This document shows positions 11,035 through 19,788 of a stretch of DNA of 64,000 bases, in pieces. Positions within the stretch are counted from its first letter, which is position 1. Each line of letters starts with the position of its first letter. The translations under genes were made by a program, and so were the position numbers. The notes beneath the pieces were generated by a model that was not told the origin of the DNA, did no database searches, and was given only the letters and a program-made list of their open reading frames with translations. This DNA comes from Pseudomonadota bacterium (GTDB lineage: Bacteria > Pseudomonadota > Gammaproteobacteria > Burkholderiales > Burkholderiaceae_C): assembly GCA_030271615.1 (NCBI GenBank), contig JARXKP010000001.1, forward strand, positions 5,743 to 69,742, given 5' to 3'.

Positions 11035-14000
11035 TCATTCGAAACCCGCCGGTCCAGGTTGCCGCATCTTGGAACCCCTCGAACAGCACAGCCGGGTGAT
11101 GAGCAACAGCAGGAACAGGAATCGCGGCTCATCGATCAACGTGTTCATCGATCCGGACACCAGGAACGCAAGCAAAGCGGCAAGGGCCGCTGCAGCGTGG
11201 CGGTCGCCCCGCCAGGCAGATCGGGACCCACGGTGAATCGCTGTCAAGACCAGCAGCGTCCAGGCCGCAACGCCGAACCACCCCTGGTCGAATAGAACCG
11301 CGACGGGAAGGCTGTGGATGTGCCACGGAGGGTCGACATCGGTCGAGAAGAACCAGCGATCTAGCCCGTGCTGGAAGTCGCCGTTGGAAAGCAACTGGTC
11401 CCCGTTTTCGGTCTGCAATCGAATGTCGGTCACATCGACAAACGCTCCGCTCTCGGGCGTGTGCAACGACAACTTCACGGACCGAGGCCACTGTCCTCGA
11501 TGTTCGGCGAGCAGGGTCAGATCGATCGGAACCTGGGCGGTGGTCCAGGCCTTGGCGGTGTCTCCGGCCCGGACGCTGGCAGCCACACATCTGCGCGAAG
11601 TGAGCATCCATTTCTCGCAAACGCTCACCTCGAAGATGGCTGCCGGCTTGTTGGCCCGCAGCCGCACCGTCAGCATCTGCGGTTGCGTGGCCGGCACCGA
11701 GATCATCTGATCGATGAAGAGTCCACCACCACCGCCAGCGAGATGCAGGTAACGAAGATCGCCGTCGGATTCCAGTCGATAGGAACTCGCACGCACCGGT
11801 TCGCGACTGCGCCAGTAATGCGTTTCAGGGAAACGCCCGACGCCCATCCCGAAAACCTCGGTCCAGCCGTCGGCGTCTCGCATGGCCAGTGCGTCGCCCC
11901 AGTGGGCTTGTCGGATGGACAGGTCGTGTGCCCAGCGCGACATTCGCTCTTGTGCAAACGAACCCATGAATACCGGAAGCGCTGCAGCCACGATCGCGGC
12001 GGCAAGCAGTCCACCGAACAAGGCCTGCCTCCATGAGCTCGCTCTGCCCGAGAGAAACAGCAGAAAGAGCAGCGCCAGGCCAAAGGCTGCATACCCGTTG
12101 CGCGAGAAGGTGACCATCATCGCGTAGCTGGCCCCCACCAGCAGCACTGCACCCGCGAGTCGGACACTCCACCGCCGGCTTTCCAGCACACGCAGAACGA
12201 CGAAAGGGGTCGTGATGGCGATGTAGCACTCGATGAACGCGCCACCGCGGTGCATCGCCGAAAACGGTCCGGTGACCCGATACACATCGGCAAAATCGAA
12301 CAGGCCGACGAACACCTGGCGCTCCCATGCAACAAAGGCCACCACGTAAGCGAGTCCCAGAACCATGCCTGAAATCAGCGTGGCGTGGGCGTCTTGCCCG
12401 CCATGTTTGAGCCGCTCGAACAAACCGACGAACAGCCACGCCCAAAGTGCGCCTTTGAAAATTCGCAATGCGTTGTAGGGGCTGTAGTAATTGGAAAAGC
12501 CGTTGCCGTCGGGCCAGGGCCAAGGCATCGTCCCCAACGCCGTGCTCAGCATCAGGCTCAGCGCAAGAAAAGCGAAGGCAAGTTGCCACGGGTTGCGGTC
12601 AGCGCGCCTTGACGCGGAAGGCGAGCGCAGGTAACCCACGGTCAGGCAGATCATCACCAGCAGGTCGTACTCATCCCAGAAGAAGCGCCCTGTCCACGGT
12701 GCGAGGTCGAGGGCTGGCAAGAACGCGGGAACGATCAGCAGGGCCATCAATGGGCGAACCCAGACCGCCGCGGCACACGTCACCAGCAGCAACGCCGAGG
12801 TGACAGCAAATGCGGGAGCGGAAAAAAGATACCAGCCCGACAGCAGCAGTGCCACACACGACATCGAAATCGCCCGCAGCGCGCGGTGATCTGAACGCAC
12901 AGCAGCCGACGCTGCCCGCGAATCGACAGACACTGAGGGCTCACGGACGGGTGAGGCAGCTCGCAACGACCAGGCTTCGGCCCCTCGTACGAATGCCCCA
13001 CAAACGGAGGAAGCAATCCACAGGTTGGTCGTATCGGGGTGCAGTCCGGCAAGCGAAAGCTTGCTCACTTCGATGAGCAGGCAGACAGCGGCGCCCCACC
13101 CTGCAGCCACCCAGGCAGAACGGCGCAAGGCCCAGGCCAGAACCCCAACTGGCAGATACATCAGCACCACGCTGGCCAGGCTGGACAGCGCGTGGGCTTC
13201 AGTCGTGTAGTAGTGGTAATAGAAAGGAAGGAATCTCAACTCGCGCAACCGCCAGGACATCGCTTCCCAGCCTTGCCATTCCCACGCGAACCAGCCATTC
13301 ACGGCTATCAACAAGAGAAGATACGCGGGAAGCCAGATGCCACAGCTGCGCGCAAGCCCTGCGCGCAAGCCTTCCTCGCTCCAGCGCTGGCGCCGCCGCC
13401 ACAGCGCGAGACCCACCACCATGCCCAAGACCCGAGTGAGTACCGACGCCCCCTGTGTGGTGCCCGTGGCGATCATCAGCTGCGCACCCTCGACCGCCAG
13501 TCCGACGACAAGTCCAACGAAGGCCGCACCGACCCAGCTTGGCGCCATACGTCGGGCGGCACGCTGACCAAGCAGTGCGCCCAGAGGTGCTGTCAACGCG
13601 ACCTCGATACCGAGTTGAAGCACGACGAGCAGGAGGCGGTGGTCGTGCCCGGCGAGCCACCAGCCCCACAGATCAGAAGCAAATTTCTGCTCGAGTTCGG
13701 CCCTTGAAATCAGCAGGTCGTATGGGAAAAGGCAGAAGGCCAAGTACGCCGCGAGATAGACATGCAAGGCATGGCTCTTGAACCAAGGTCCGGCCAGATG
13801 CAGTGCCGCCGACTGAAGCTTGCCTCGCCCGGGGTATCCCAACGCCAACGATGCGCCGAGCACGCTCCCGATGCATTCGGCCATCACGTCATTGAGAGAT
13901 ACGGTGCGGGCCGGGAAAAAGACCTGTGCAAACTCGACACTCAGCGCCAGAGACACCCCAAGCGCTGAGGCAGCCATCCCTGCGATGCCCGGCCACCAAT

Positions 14001-14232
14001 TGCGACGCAGCAATTGCCAAGCAGAAAGGAATCCGATCGGCGCGTACAACACACCGTTGGCGATCCAGTCTGCGCGTGACGCCACGCCCAGATGCAGGAA
14101 TGGCATCGACTGGAAACGCCGCCAGGCCTCGTCCAGAGGCAGTGGGTGGAAGTCCAGCGGGACCAGACTGCCGTAGACGACAAATAACAGGTAACCGAGC
14201 AGCGCAGCACGCTCAGCGGGAATGCGCATCAT
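11035..14232 (-). CDS. VanZ-like (x2) + O-antigen ligase-like fusion membrane protein
   Basis: VanZ-like motifs (DWIANGVLYAPIG...VEFAQVFFPARTVSLNDV; VLMYLPVG...IEVSKL...PDTTN). Ligase part has APWTG, TFSRNG, RQAHW, GMGVGRFP and WHIHSL...FDQG. Confidence 0.75.
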   Translation of the reverse strand: MMRIPAERAALLGYLLFVVYGSLVPLDFHPLPLDEAWRRFQSMPFLHLGVASRADWIANGVLYAPIGFLSAWQLLRRNWWPGIAGMAASALGVSLALSVEFAQVFFPARTVSLNDVMAECIGSVLGASLALGYPGRGKLQSAALHLAGPWFKSHALHVYLAAYLAFCLFPYDLLISRAELEQKFASDLWGWWLAGHDHRLLLVVLQLGIEVALTAPLGALLGQRAARRMAPSWVGAAFVGLVVGLAVEGAQLMIATGTTQGASVLTRVLGMVVGLALWRRRQRWSEEGLRAGLARSCGIWLPAYLLLLIAVNGWFAWEWQGWEAMSWRLRELRFLPFYYHYYTTEAHALSSLASVVLMYLPVGVLAWALRRSAWVAAGWGAAVCLLIEVSKLSLAGLHPDTTNLWIASSVCGAFVRGAEAWSLRAASPVREPSVSVDSRAASAAVRSDHRALRAISMSCVALLLSGWYLFSAPAFAVTSALLLVTCAAAVWVRPLMALLIVPAFLPALDLAPWTGRFFWDEYDLLVMICLTVGYLRSPSASRRADRNPWQLAFAFLALSLMLSTALGTMPWPWPDGNGFSNYYSPYNALRIFKGALWAWLFVGLFERLKHGGQDAHATLISGMVLGLAYVVAFVAWERQVFVGLFDFADVYRVTGPFSAMHRGGAFIECYIAITTPFVVLRVLESRRWSVRLAGAVLLVGASYAMMVTFSRNGYAAFGLALLFLLFLSGRASSWRQALFGGLLAAAIVAAALPVFMGSFAQERMSRWAHDLSIRQAHWGDALAMRDADGWTEVFGMGVGRFPETHYWRSREPVRASSYRLESDGDLRYLHLAGGGGGLFIDQMISVPATQPQMLTVRLRANKPAAIFEVSVCEKWMLTSRRCVAASVRAGDTAKAWTTAQVPIDLTLLAEHRGQWPRSVKLSLHTPESGAFVDVTDIRLQTENGDQLLSNGDFQHGLDRWFFSTDVDPPWHIHSLPVAVLFDQGWFGVAAWTLLVLTAIHRGSRSAWRGDRHAAAALAALLAFLVSGSMNTLIDEPRFLFLLLLITRLCCSRGSKMRQPGPAGFE

Positions 14233-14265
14233 GAGTGCCAGTCAAACTTTCAGCGCCCGGAAGCG

Positions 14266-14288
14266 AAAACCGGCGCAACAGCGCCGGT
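14266..14288 (-). terminator. Probable intrinsic terminator after the small secreted-protein gene
   Basis: On the minus strand, an ACCGGCGC-TGTT-GCGCCGGT stem-loop runs into TTTT. Confidence 0.55.
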
Positions 14289-14360
14289 CAAACGAAGTGA
14301 CTGCCGTCACCTCAGGTGGTAACGATCACTGTTCCACCCCATGACAGGGTACGGTTCCCG

Positions 14361-14831
14361 TCAAAATCCGCACGGTGGACTGCTGGTGCTGAGCGTGGCG
14401 TTTGTGATGTTTCGCGCCCCGCAAAAATTGAGCGTTGAACCCGATTGGCATACGGTGTATTCGTAGGTTCCGCCTGCTCCGTAGTCGTAATGAACCTTGG
14501 TGTTAGCGCCATTGCCAACGATCGACCAAGACCCAACCACTTTGGACTTGTCGACCGAGTCGCTTGGGCCGCGTTTGTAATCCGTGAGAAGGCCACCGCC
14601 CGTGGTGTTTCCACCGTGCAATTCCTGCCATCGTTCCTTGGCGGAAACGCTGGCACAAACCGTCTTGTTGCCGAGGAGACTGGCCAAGTCAGTAGGGCTA
14701 TTCACGACGGTTCCCGATCCGCACGCACAAGGCTGCCCAACGTCGACGGGTTGAACCGCTGAAGCACCCGACATCGAAGCAAGATACAGCAACCCGCCCA
14801 ACGCAACCTCTATCAAACCGCGATTTTTCAT
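14361..14831 (-). CDS. Small secreted Cys/Ser/Thr/Gly-rich hypothetical protein
   Basis: GGAGGT RBS and ATG 14831. Sec-type signal ending ASA, six Cys, motif WQELH...DYKRGPSD...VGSW. Confidence 0.75.
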   Translation of the reverse strand: MKNRGLIEVALGGLLYLASMSGASAVQPVDVGQPCACGSGTVVNSPTDLASLLGNKTVCASVSAKERWQELHGGNTTGGGLLTDYKRGPSDSVDKSKVVGSWSIVGNGANTKVHYDYGAGGTYEYTVCQSGSTLNFCGARNITNATLSTSSPPCGF

Positions 14832-14960
14832 ACCGACCTCCACATATATCGGTTGATGTTATGGGAACGAACCCGACGCTGCAATTTGCAGTTGCCCCCG
14901 CATCCGTGGGGGATGCCACAAGACGCCGAAACCTCAAACAATTGATTTGACTGGGCCAAC

Positions 14961-16037
14961 ATGCATTTCCTTGAACCGGGAGGGCCCGCTCGCTCAGAGA
15001 TTCCGAATTCGCGTACGAGGCGACCGCACACGCCCTCGGATGCTGCGCGACGGCGCGTGTTCCTTGTAGGCCTCGCTGCGGTGGCCATGACTGCACACTC
15101 GAGAAGTGCACCGCGCACCCTTGTTGTCGGCGCGGGCGAGCGCTTTAGAACGCTGCATGAAGCGGTGCGCGCGGCCGACAGTGGCGACGTGATCGAGATT
15201 CAACCTGGCGAGTACCACGGCGACGTATCGGTTATCGACGCGCCGCATCTGACCATCCGCGGCCTGGGCCCCGGCGCCGTGTTCCACGCAGAGGGCCAGC
15301 ATGCCGAGGGCAAGGCCATGCTGGTGGTGCGCGGTGACGTGGCGATCGAAAACATCGAGTTCCGCGGCGCCCGCGTGCCCGTCGGAAATGGCGCCGGCAT
15401 TCGCTTCGAGCAAGGCCGCCTGGCCCTTCGGCGCTGCCGCTTCTTCGACAACGAGATGGGCATCCTGACCGCCAACGAGGCCGACATGGTGTTGGACGTG
15501 GTGGACTGCGAGTTCGGGGCCGCACCGCGCCACGAAGGCATGCTGCACCACCTGCTGTACGTCGGCGCGATAGGCGCCTTCAGCATCCAGGGCAGCCGGT
15601 TCAGCCAGGGATGGCGTGGGCACCTGCTGAAGTCTCGAGCGCTGCATAACCGCGTGATCAACAACCGGCTCGACGACCGCCCTGATGGCGAAGCGTCCTA
15701 CGAACTCGAATTTCCGAACGGTGGTCACAACGTGGTCGTGGGCAACCTCATCGCGCAGAGCGCACAGACGCAAAACCCGGATCTGCTCAGCATGGGCGCC
15801 GAGGCACGGGACGGCATGACGGGCAGCCTGGTGCTGGCGAACAACACCTTCATCAACGCCGCAAGTGCCCATGCACGCTTCGTCCACGTGTGGACCGATC
15901 GCCTGGCTGGCGAGGTACCGGTCAGCATGACCAACAACCTGTTCGTCGGGGCGGGCCAGCTGCATCTGCCACCGATCTGGGACGGGGGTGGAAACCGTCG
16001 GCTGGACCTTGACGCGTTTGCGCCACCATCGCGTTGA
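14961..16037 (+). CDS. Tat-exported right-handed beta-helix (pectate-lyase-like fold) protein
   Basis: RRVFL twin-arginine motif plus hydrophobic stretch. A..GD.IEI.PG.Y, NGAGIR, HLLYVG, GHLLKSRA and repeating N-x-F/NN beta-helix rungs. Confidence 0.75.
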   Translation: MHFLEPGGPARSEIPNSRTRRPHTPSDAARRRVFLVGLAAVAMTAHSRSAPRTLVVGAGERFRTLHEAVRAADSGDVIEIQPGEYHGDVSVIDAPHLTIRGLGPGAVFHAEGQHAEGKAMLVVRGDVAIENIEFRGARVPVGNGAGIRFEQGRLALRRCRFFDNEMGILTANEADMVLDVVDCEFGAAPRHEGMLHHLLYVGAIGAFSIQGSRFSQGWRGHLLKSRALHNRVINNRLDDRPDGEASYELEFPNGGHNVVVGNLIAQSAQTQNPDLLSMGAEARDGMTGSLVLANNTFINAASAHARFVHVWTDRLAGEVPVSMTNNLFVGAGQLHLPPIWDGGGNRRLDLDAFAPPSR

Positions 16038-16210
16038 TCGTTGGCGCGGATCAGCAGCAGCCATCGAAAACAGTAATTTCATGCACAACCGGCCGCAGAA
16101 CGGGTGCGACGACAACCTGCGCGTCAGTAACAATCCTGTGCGATCGTCAACGTCGAAGTTTGGCGTCGGAATCGACCGTTGCTGACCACCCAAGGACCCC
16201 ACTGAACTCC

Positions 16211-17905
16211 ATGAGCGAAGCCTTCGTTGCCCCCTCCACACGCTTCGCGAAGCCCTCGTTGACATGGGGCAGGCCCCGGTTCAGCGACACGCAAATTGCC
16301 GACGTGGCACGGACGCAGGGTGAATCTGCCGCTTGGAGGACGGCTCTGGCACAAGGTGCGGCTGCGGCCGCAGCCGGCGCCAGCGGCGACTTTGCGGTGG
16401 GGCTCAGCGACGACACGGGCCGCACGTTCCTCGCGGTGGATCGATTTTCAGTGCACTCGCTGTGCTATCGCGTCATAGCGGGGCAATTGCATTTTTCAGC
16501 GCGCGCAGACGAATTGGCGGCGTTGCCTCCGAAGGCCGACATCGACCCGCAAGCCATTTTTGACTACCTGTACTTTCACGTCATTCCTTCGCCGCGAACC
16601 ATTTTTTGTGGTGTCTTCCGGCTTCCAGCAGCACATTACGCGCTGTTCGAGCATGGCCAGCTCACGGTGGCTCCCTATTGGGTACCGCAGTTCAACGAAA
16701 TCGCACGTCCCGATTTCAAAGAGCTCGCTGCAGAATTTCGCGAGTTGATGCGCAGCGCAGTCGCCGCGCAGCTCGACGACGGCAAGGCTGCGTGCTTTCT
16801 CAGCGGCGGCACCGACAGCTCCACCGTCGCCGGCATGATCGGTGAAGCGGCAGGGCGGCCAGCTGCCACCTACTCGATCGGCTTCGAGGCCGAGGGCTAC
16901 GACGAGATGGAATTTGCACGCATCGCGGCCAAACGGTTCGGCACCGAGCACCACGAGTACTACGTCACGCCCGACGACCTGGTGCGCAGCATTCCCACCG
17001 TGGCCGCGCACTACGACCAGCCGTTCGGCAACTCGTCTGCGCTGCCGGCTTTCTACTGTGCGCAAATGGCGTGTTCCGATGGCGTCACCAAACTGCTGGC
17101 CGGCGACGGCGGTGACGAGCTGTTCGGGGGCAATTCGCGCTATGCCAAGCAGCGCGTTTTCGGTTGGTACGACAACGTTCCGGCAGCTCTGCGCGGCGGA
17201 TTGCTCGAGCCGTTGCTGGAGCGAACTGCGCTGGGCACGCTACCGCTCGCGAGCAAGGGTCGCAGCTACGTCGAACAAGCCAAGGTGCCGTTGCCCGACC
17301 GCATGCAGATGTACAACCTGCTGCTGCGCCTCGGCGTGGAAAATGTCTTCACGCCCGACTTCCTGGCCCGCGTCGACCCGTCCGACCCGCTGATCCAGCA
17401 ACGTGGCGTGTGGCAGCAGGTACAACGCGCCAGTCCGCTGAACCGCATGCTGGCCTTCGACTGGCGCTACACGCTGGCTGAGGCCGATCTGCCGAAGGTG
17501 TGCGGCACCACGGCGCTGGCCGGCGTGGGTGTCGGCTTTCCCTTCCTGGATCCGCAGCTGCTCGAGTTCTCGATGCGACTGCCCACCGACTACAAGCTCA
17601 AAGGGCTGAAGCTGCGCTGGTTCTTCAAGGAGGCGTTGCGCGGCTTTCTGCCGGACGAGATCATCACCAAGAAAAAGCAGGGCTTCGGGTTGCCGTTCGG
17701 CGTGTGGACGAACCGGCATGCCGGATTGCGGCGGTTGGCAAGCGACTCGTTGCACAGTCTGGCCGAGCGAGGCATCGTGCGTCAGGACTTCATCACAACG
17801 TTGCTCGACGAGCACCTGTCTGCCCACCCCAGCTACTACGGCGAGATGGTGTGGATTCTGATGATGCTGGAGCAGTGGCTGCAAGGCCGCGCACCGGCTT
17901 GGTAG
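16211..17905 (+). CDS. Asparagine-synthase-like (AsnB family) amide ligase lacking the N-terminal catalytic Cys
   Basis: FLSGGTDSS, YDQPFGNSS, LAGDGGDELFGGN, FPFLD, KKQGFGLP. There is no MCGI N-terminus. Start uncertain (ATG 16211 chosen). Confidence 0.85.
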   Translation: MSEAFVAPSTRFAKPSLTWGRPRFSDTQIADVARTQGESAAWRTALAQGAAAAAAGASGDFAVGLSDDTGRTFLAVDRFSVHSLCYRVIAGQLHFSARADELAALPPKADIDPQAIFDYLYFHVIPSPRTIFCGVFRLPAAHYALFEHGQLTVAPYWVPQFNEIARPDFKELAAEFRELMRSAVAAQLDDGKAACFLSGGTDSSTVAGMIGEAAGRPAATYSIGFEAEGYDEMEFARIAAKRFGTEHHEYYVTPDDLVRSIPTVAAHYDQPFGNSSALPAFYCAQMACSDGVTKLLAGDGGDELFGGNSRYAKQRVFGWYDNVPAALRGGLLEPLLERTALGTLPLASKGRSYVEQAKVPLPDRMQMYNLLLRLGVENVFTPDFLARVDPSDPLIQQRGVWQQVQRASPLNRMLAFDWRYTLAEADLPKVCGTTALAGVGVGFPFLDPQLLEFSMRLPTDYKLKGLKLRWFFKEALRGFLPDEIITKKKQGFGLPFGVWTNRHAGLRRLASDSLHSLAERGIVRQDFITTLLDEHLSAHPSYYGEMVWILMMLEQWLQGRAPAW

Positions 17906-18014
17906 TGGAAGTCATCGTCATCATGACGCCACCCTCGCGTCCAGCAGGGACCTTCCTGTTCATGCGAGCAATGATCATTTTCGACGCTGACTGTATGCGC
18001 GACAAGGACAGCCC

Positions 18015-19778
18015 GTGACTTCGGAAGGCGGCTTTCACGGCCTCTTTCAACCGGCAGGACAGGGCCCGGAACGCTTCACCGTGGCACTGATTTCAGACCA
18101 GAAAACCACTGAAGATCCCGGGCCGGGTGCCACCACCGCTTTTCCAGGCCGACATCTCGCGGGCTGCCAGCACGCCGAACGCCAAAGTGTGGCCTGCGTT
18201 GGCGAGATCTACAACGCTGACGACCTCTGCCGCCAATTGGGATTGGCACCAGGCAGCTCACTGACACACATGCTGATGGTCGGTTGGCAGCGTTGGTCAT
18301 TGAACTTGCTGACACACCTCAACGGCGTGTTCTCGCTTGTGCTGCGGGACGAGAACGAACTGCTTCTGTACCGCGACCCATCAGGCCTGCGCAACCTGTA
18401 TTTCTACACCGGGCAAAGCGGTCAGATCTCGTTTGGCACGCATCTGGACGCACTCTTGGGTCGGCCCGAAACCGAGCGTCGACTTGCGCGTCGATCACTC
18501 CATGAGTACCTGCGGTTCGGAGACATCGCCGCCACTCATACCTTGTTCGAAGAGGTGTCCGCTATCGAAGCAGGTCAGTTGCTCCGATGGTCTGCTCGAT
18601 GCATGGAGACGCTCACGTTTCCCCAAGCCGATACCGCCTCCCCGGCAAGCTTTTCCGACGCGGTGGAGATGGCCGATCAACTGTTGCAGCACAGCGTTCG
18701 GACTCGTCTGGCGGATGTAGATCGCCCCGCAGCATTCCTGAGTGGTGGCATGGATTCCGCGCTGCTTTGTGCGATGGCGTCCAAGTTCCGCAAGGATACG
18801 GTGGCGATCACAGTTGGGTTTGACACACCCAGCTATGACGAAGCCGGCGTCGCACAGCAAATTGCCTCTCACCTGGGAATGACGCACGAAGTCTTGCGGT
18901 TCACGCGCCAGGAATATCTATCAAGCTTCGAACGCCTCGGTCAAAGCACTGAGCAGCCGATCGCCGATCCCGCAGCTTCGGCCACGTTGCTGGCATTCGA
19001 CCACTGCCGCAGTCGTTTCGATGTCGTCATCGACGGAACCGGTGCTGACGAAGCGGTGGGCATGCTGCCACCGCGTCATGTCCGACTTGCAGTGGAGTAC
19101 GCGAGCCTCATTCCTCGGAGTCCGCGCTTGATGTTGGCCCGAATGCTGCGCGCTTCACCAAGCCTCAAGGGGTACGCCCCGGTCCTGGATTTTGAACACC
19201 CGGCAGACACGATGATTCGATGGCGTGGTTTCACGCGGACGGAAATCGAAGGGCTTTGCGACGAACCGGTGCGGTTCGAACACACTCAGTTCTACCGGAC
19301 GTTCCACCGCCATCCGCGCAGAGACCACTTCGAGCGCTACAGCGCGCTGATGAACGCCATGCCAAGTGATCGCCTGAGCCAGGCAACGCTGATCAGCGGC
19401 ATGCTGGCGCGGTACCCCTACTGCGACAGCGAAACAGACCGTTTCATTCGGCAACTTCGCACCGACTACCGGTACTTGCCAGGGGAGCCGAAGCGCATCC
19501 TGCGTGCACTTCTGGCACGCTACCTGGACGCTCGGATCTGGGACGGGCCCAAACATGGTTTCAACTTCCCGATGCGCGAGTTCCTGGCAGGCCAGAACTA
19601 CCTGCTGGTGCGCCAGTATCTGGATGCTGGACTTTGGCGCCAGACTGGCGTTCTTCGGCACGACAAGGTGCACAGCTACGCGGCGCAGTTCATTGCCGGA
19701 GATGATCGATTGACGTTCAGAGTCTGGTCGCTGGTAGTGCTCGGCGCCTGGTTATCGAACCATGGCGAACTACACTGA
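18015..19778 (+). CDS. Second AsnB-like protein, divergent, lacking the N-terminal Cys
   Basis: GEIYN, LYRDPSG, FLSGGMDSA, EQPIADPA, DGTGADE, PKHGFNFP. Confidence 0.8.
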   Translation: MTSEGGFHGLFQPAGQGPERFTVALISDQKTTEDPGPGATTAFPGRHLAGCQHAERQSVACVGEIYNADDLCRQLGLAPGSSLTHMLMVGWQRWSLNLLTHLNGVFSLVLRDENELLLYRDPSGLRNLYFYTGQSGQISFGTHLDALLGRPETERRLARRSLHEYLRFGDIAATHTLFEEVSAIEAGQLLRWSARCMETLTFPQADTASPASFSDAVEMADQLLQHSVRTRLADVDRPAAFLSGGMDSALLCAMASKFRKDTVAITVGFDTPSYDEAGVAQQIASHLGMTHEVLRFTRQEYLSSFERLGQSTEQPIADPAASATLLAFDHCRSRFDVVIDGTGADEAVGMLPPRHVRLAVEYASLIPRSPRLMLARMLRASPSLKGYAPVLDFEHPADTMIRWRGFTRTEIEGLCDEPVRFEHTQFYRTFHRHPRRDHFERYSALMNAMPSDRLSQATLISGMLARYPYCDSETDRFIRQLRTDYRYLPGEPKRILRALLARYLDARIWDGPKHGFNFPMREFLAGQNYLLVRQYLDAGLWRQTGVLRHDKVHSYAAQFIAGDDRLTFRVWSLVVLGAWLSNHGELH

Positions 19779-19788
19779 ATTCGACCGA

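Noticed and set aside
16038..19778. Lasso-peptide cluster interpretation of the Cys-less AsnB-like genes
   Set aside because: No B1/RRE or B2 transglutaminase-like peptidase is present, and the short intergenic ORFs (e.g. ending at 18018) are not convincing precursors. The context is glycan biosynthesis.
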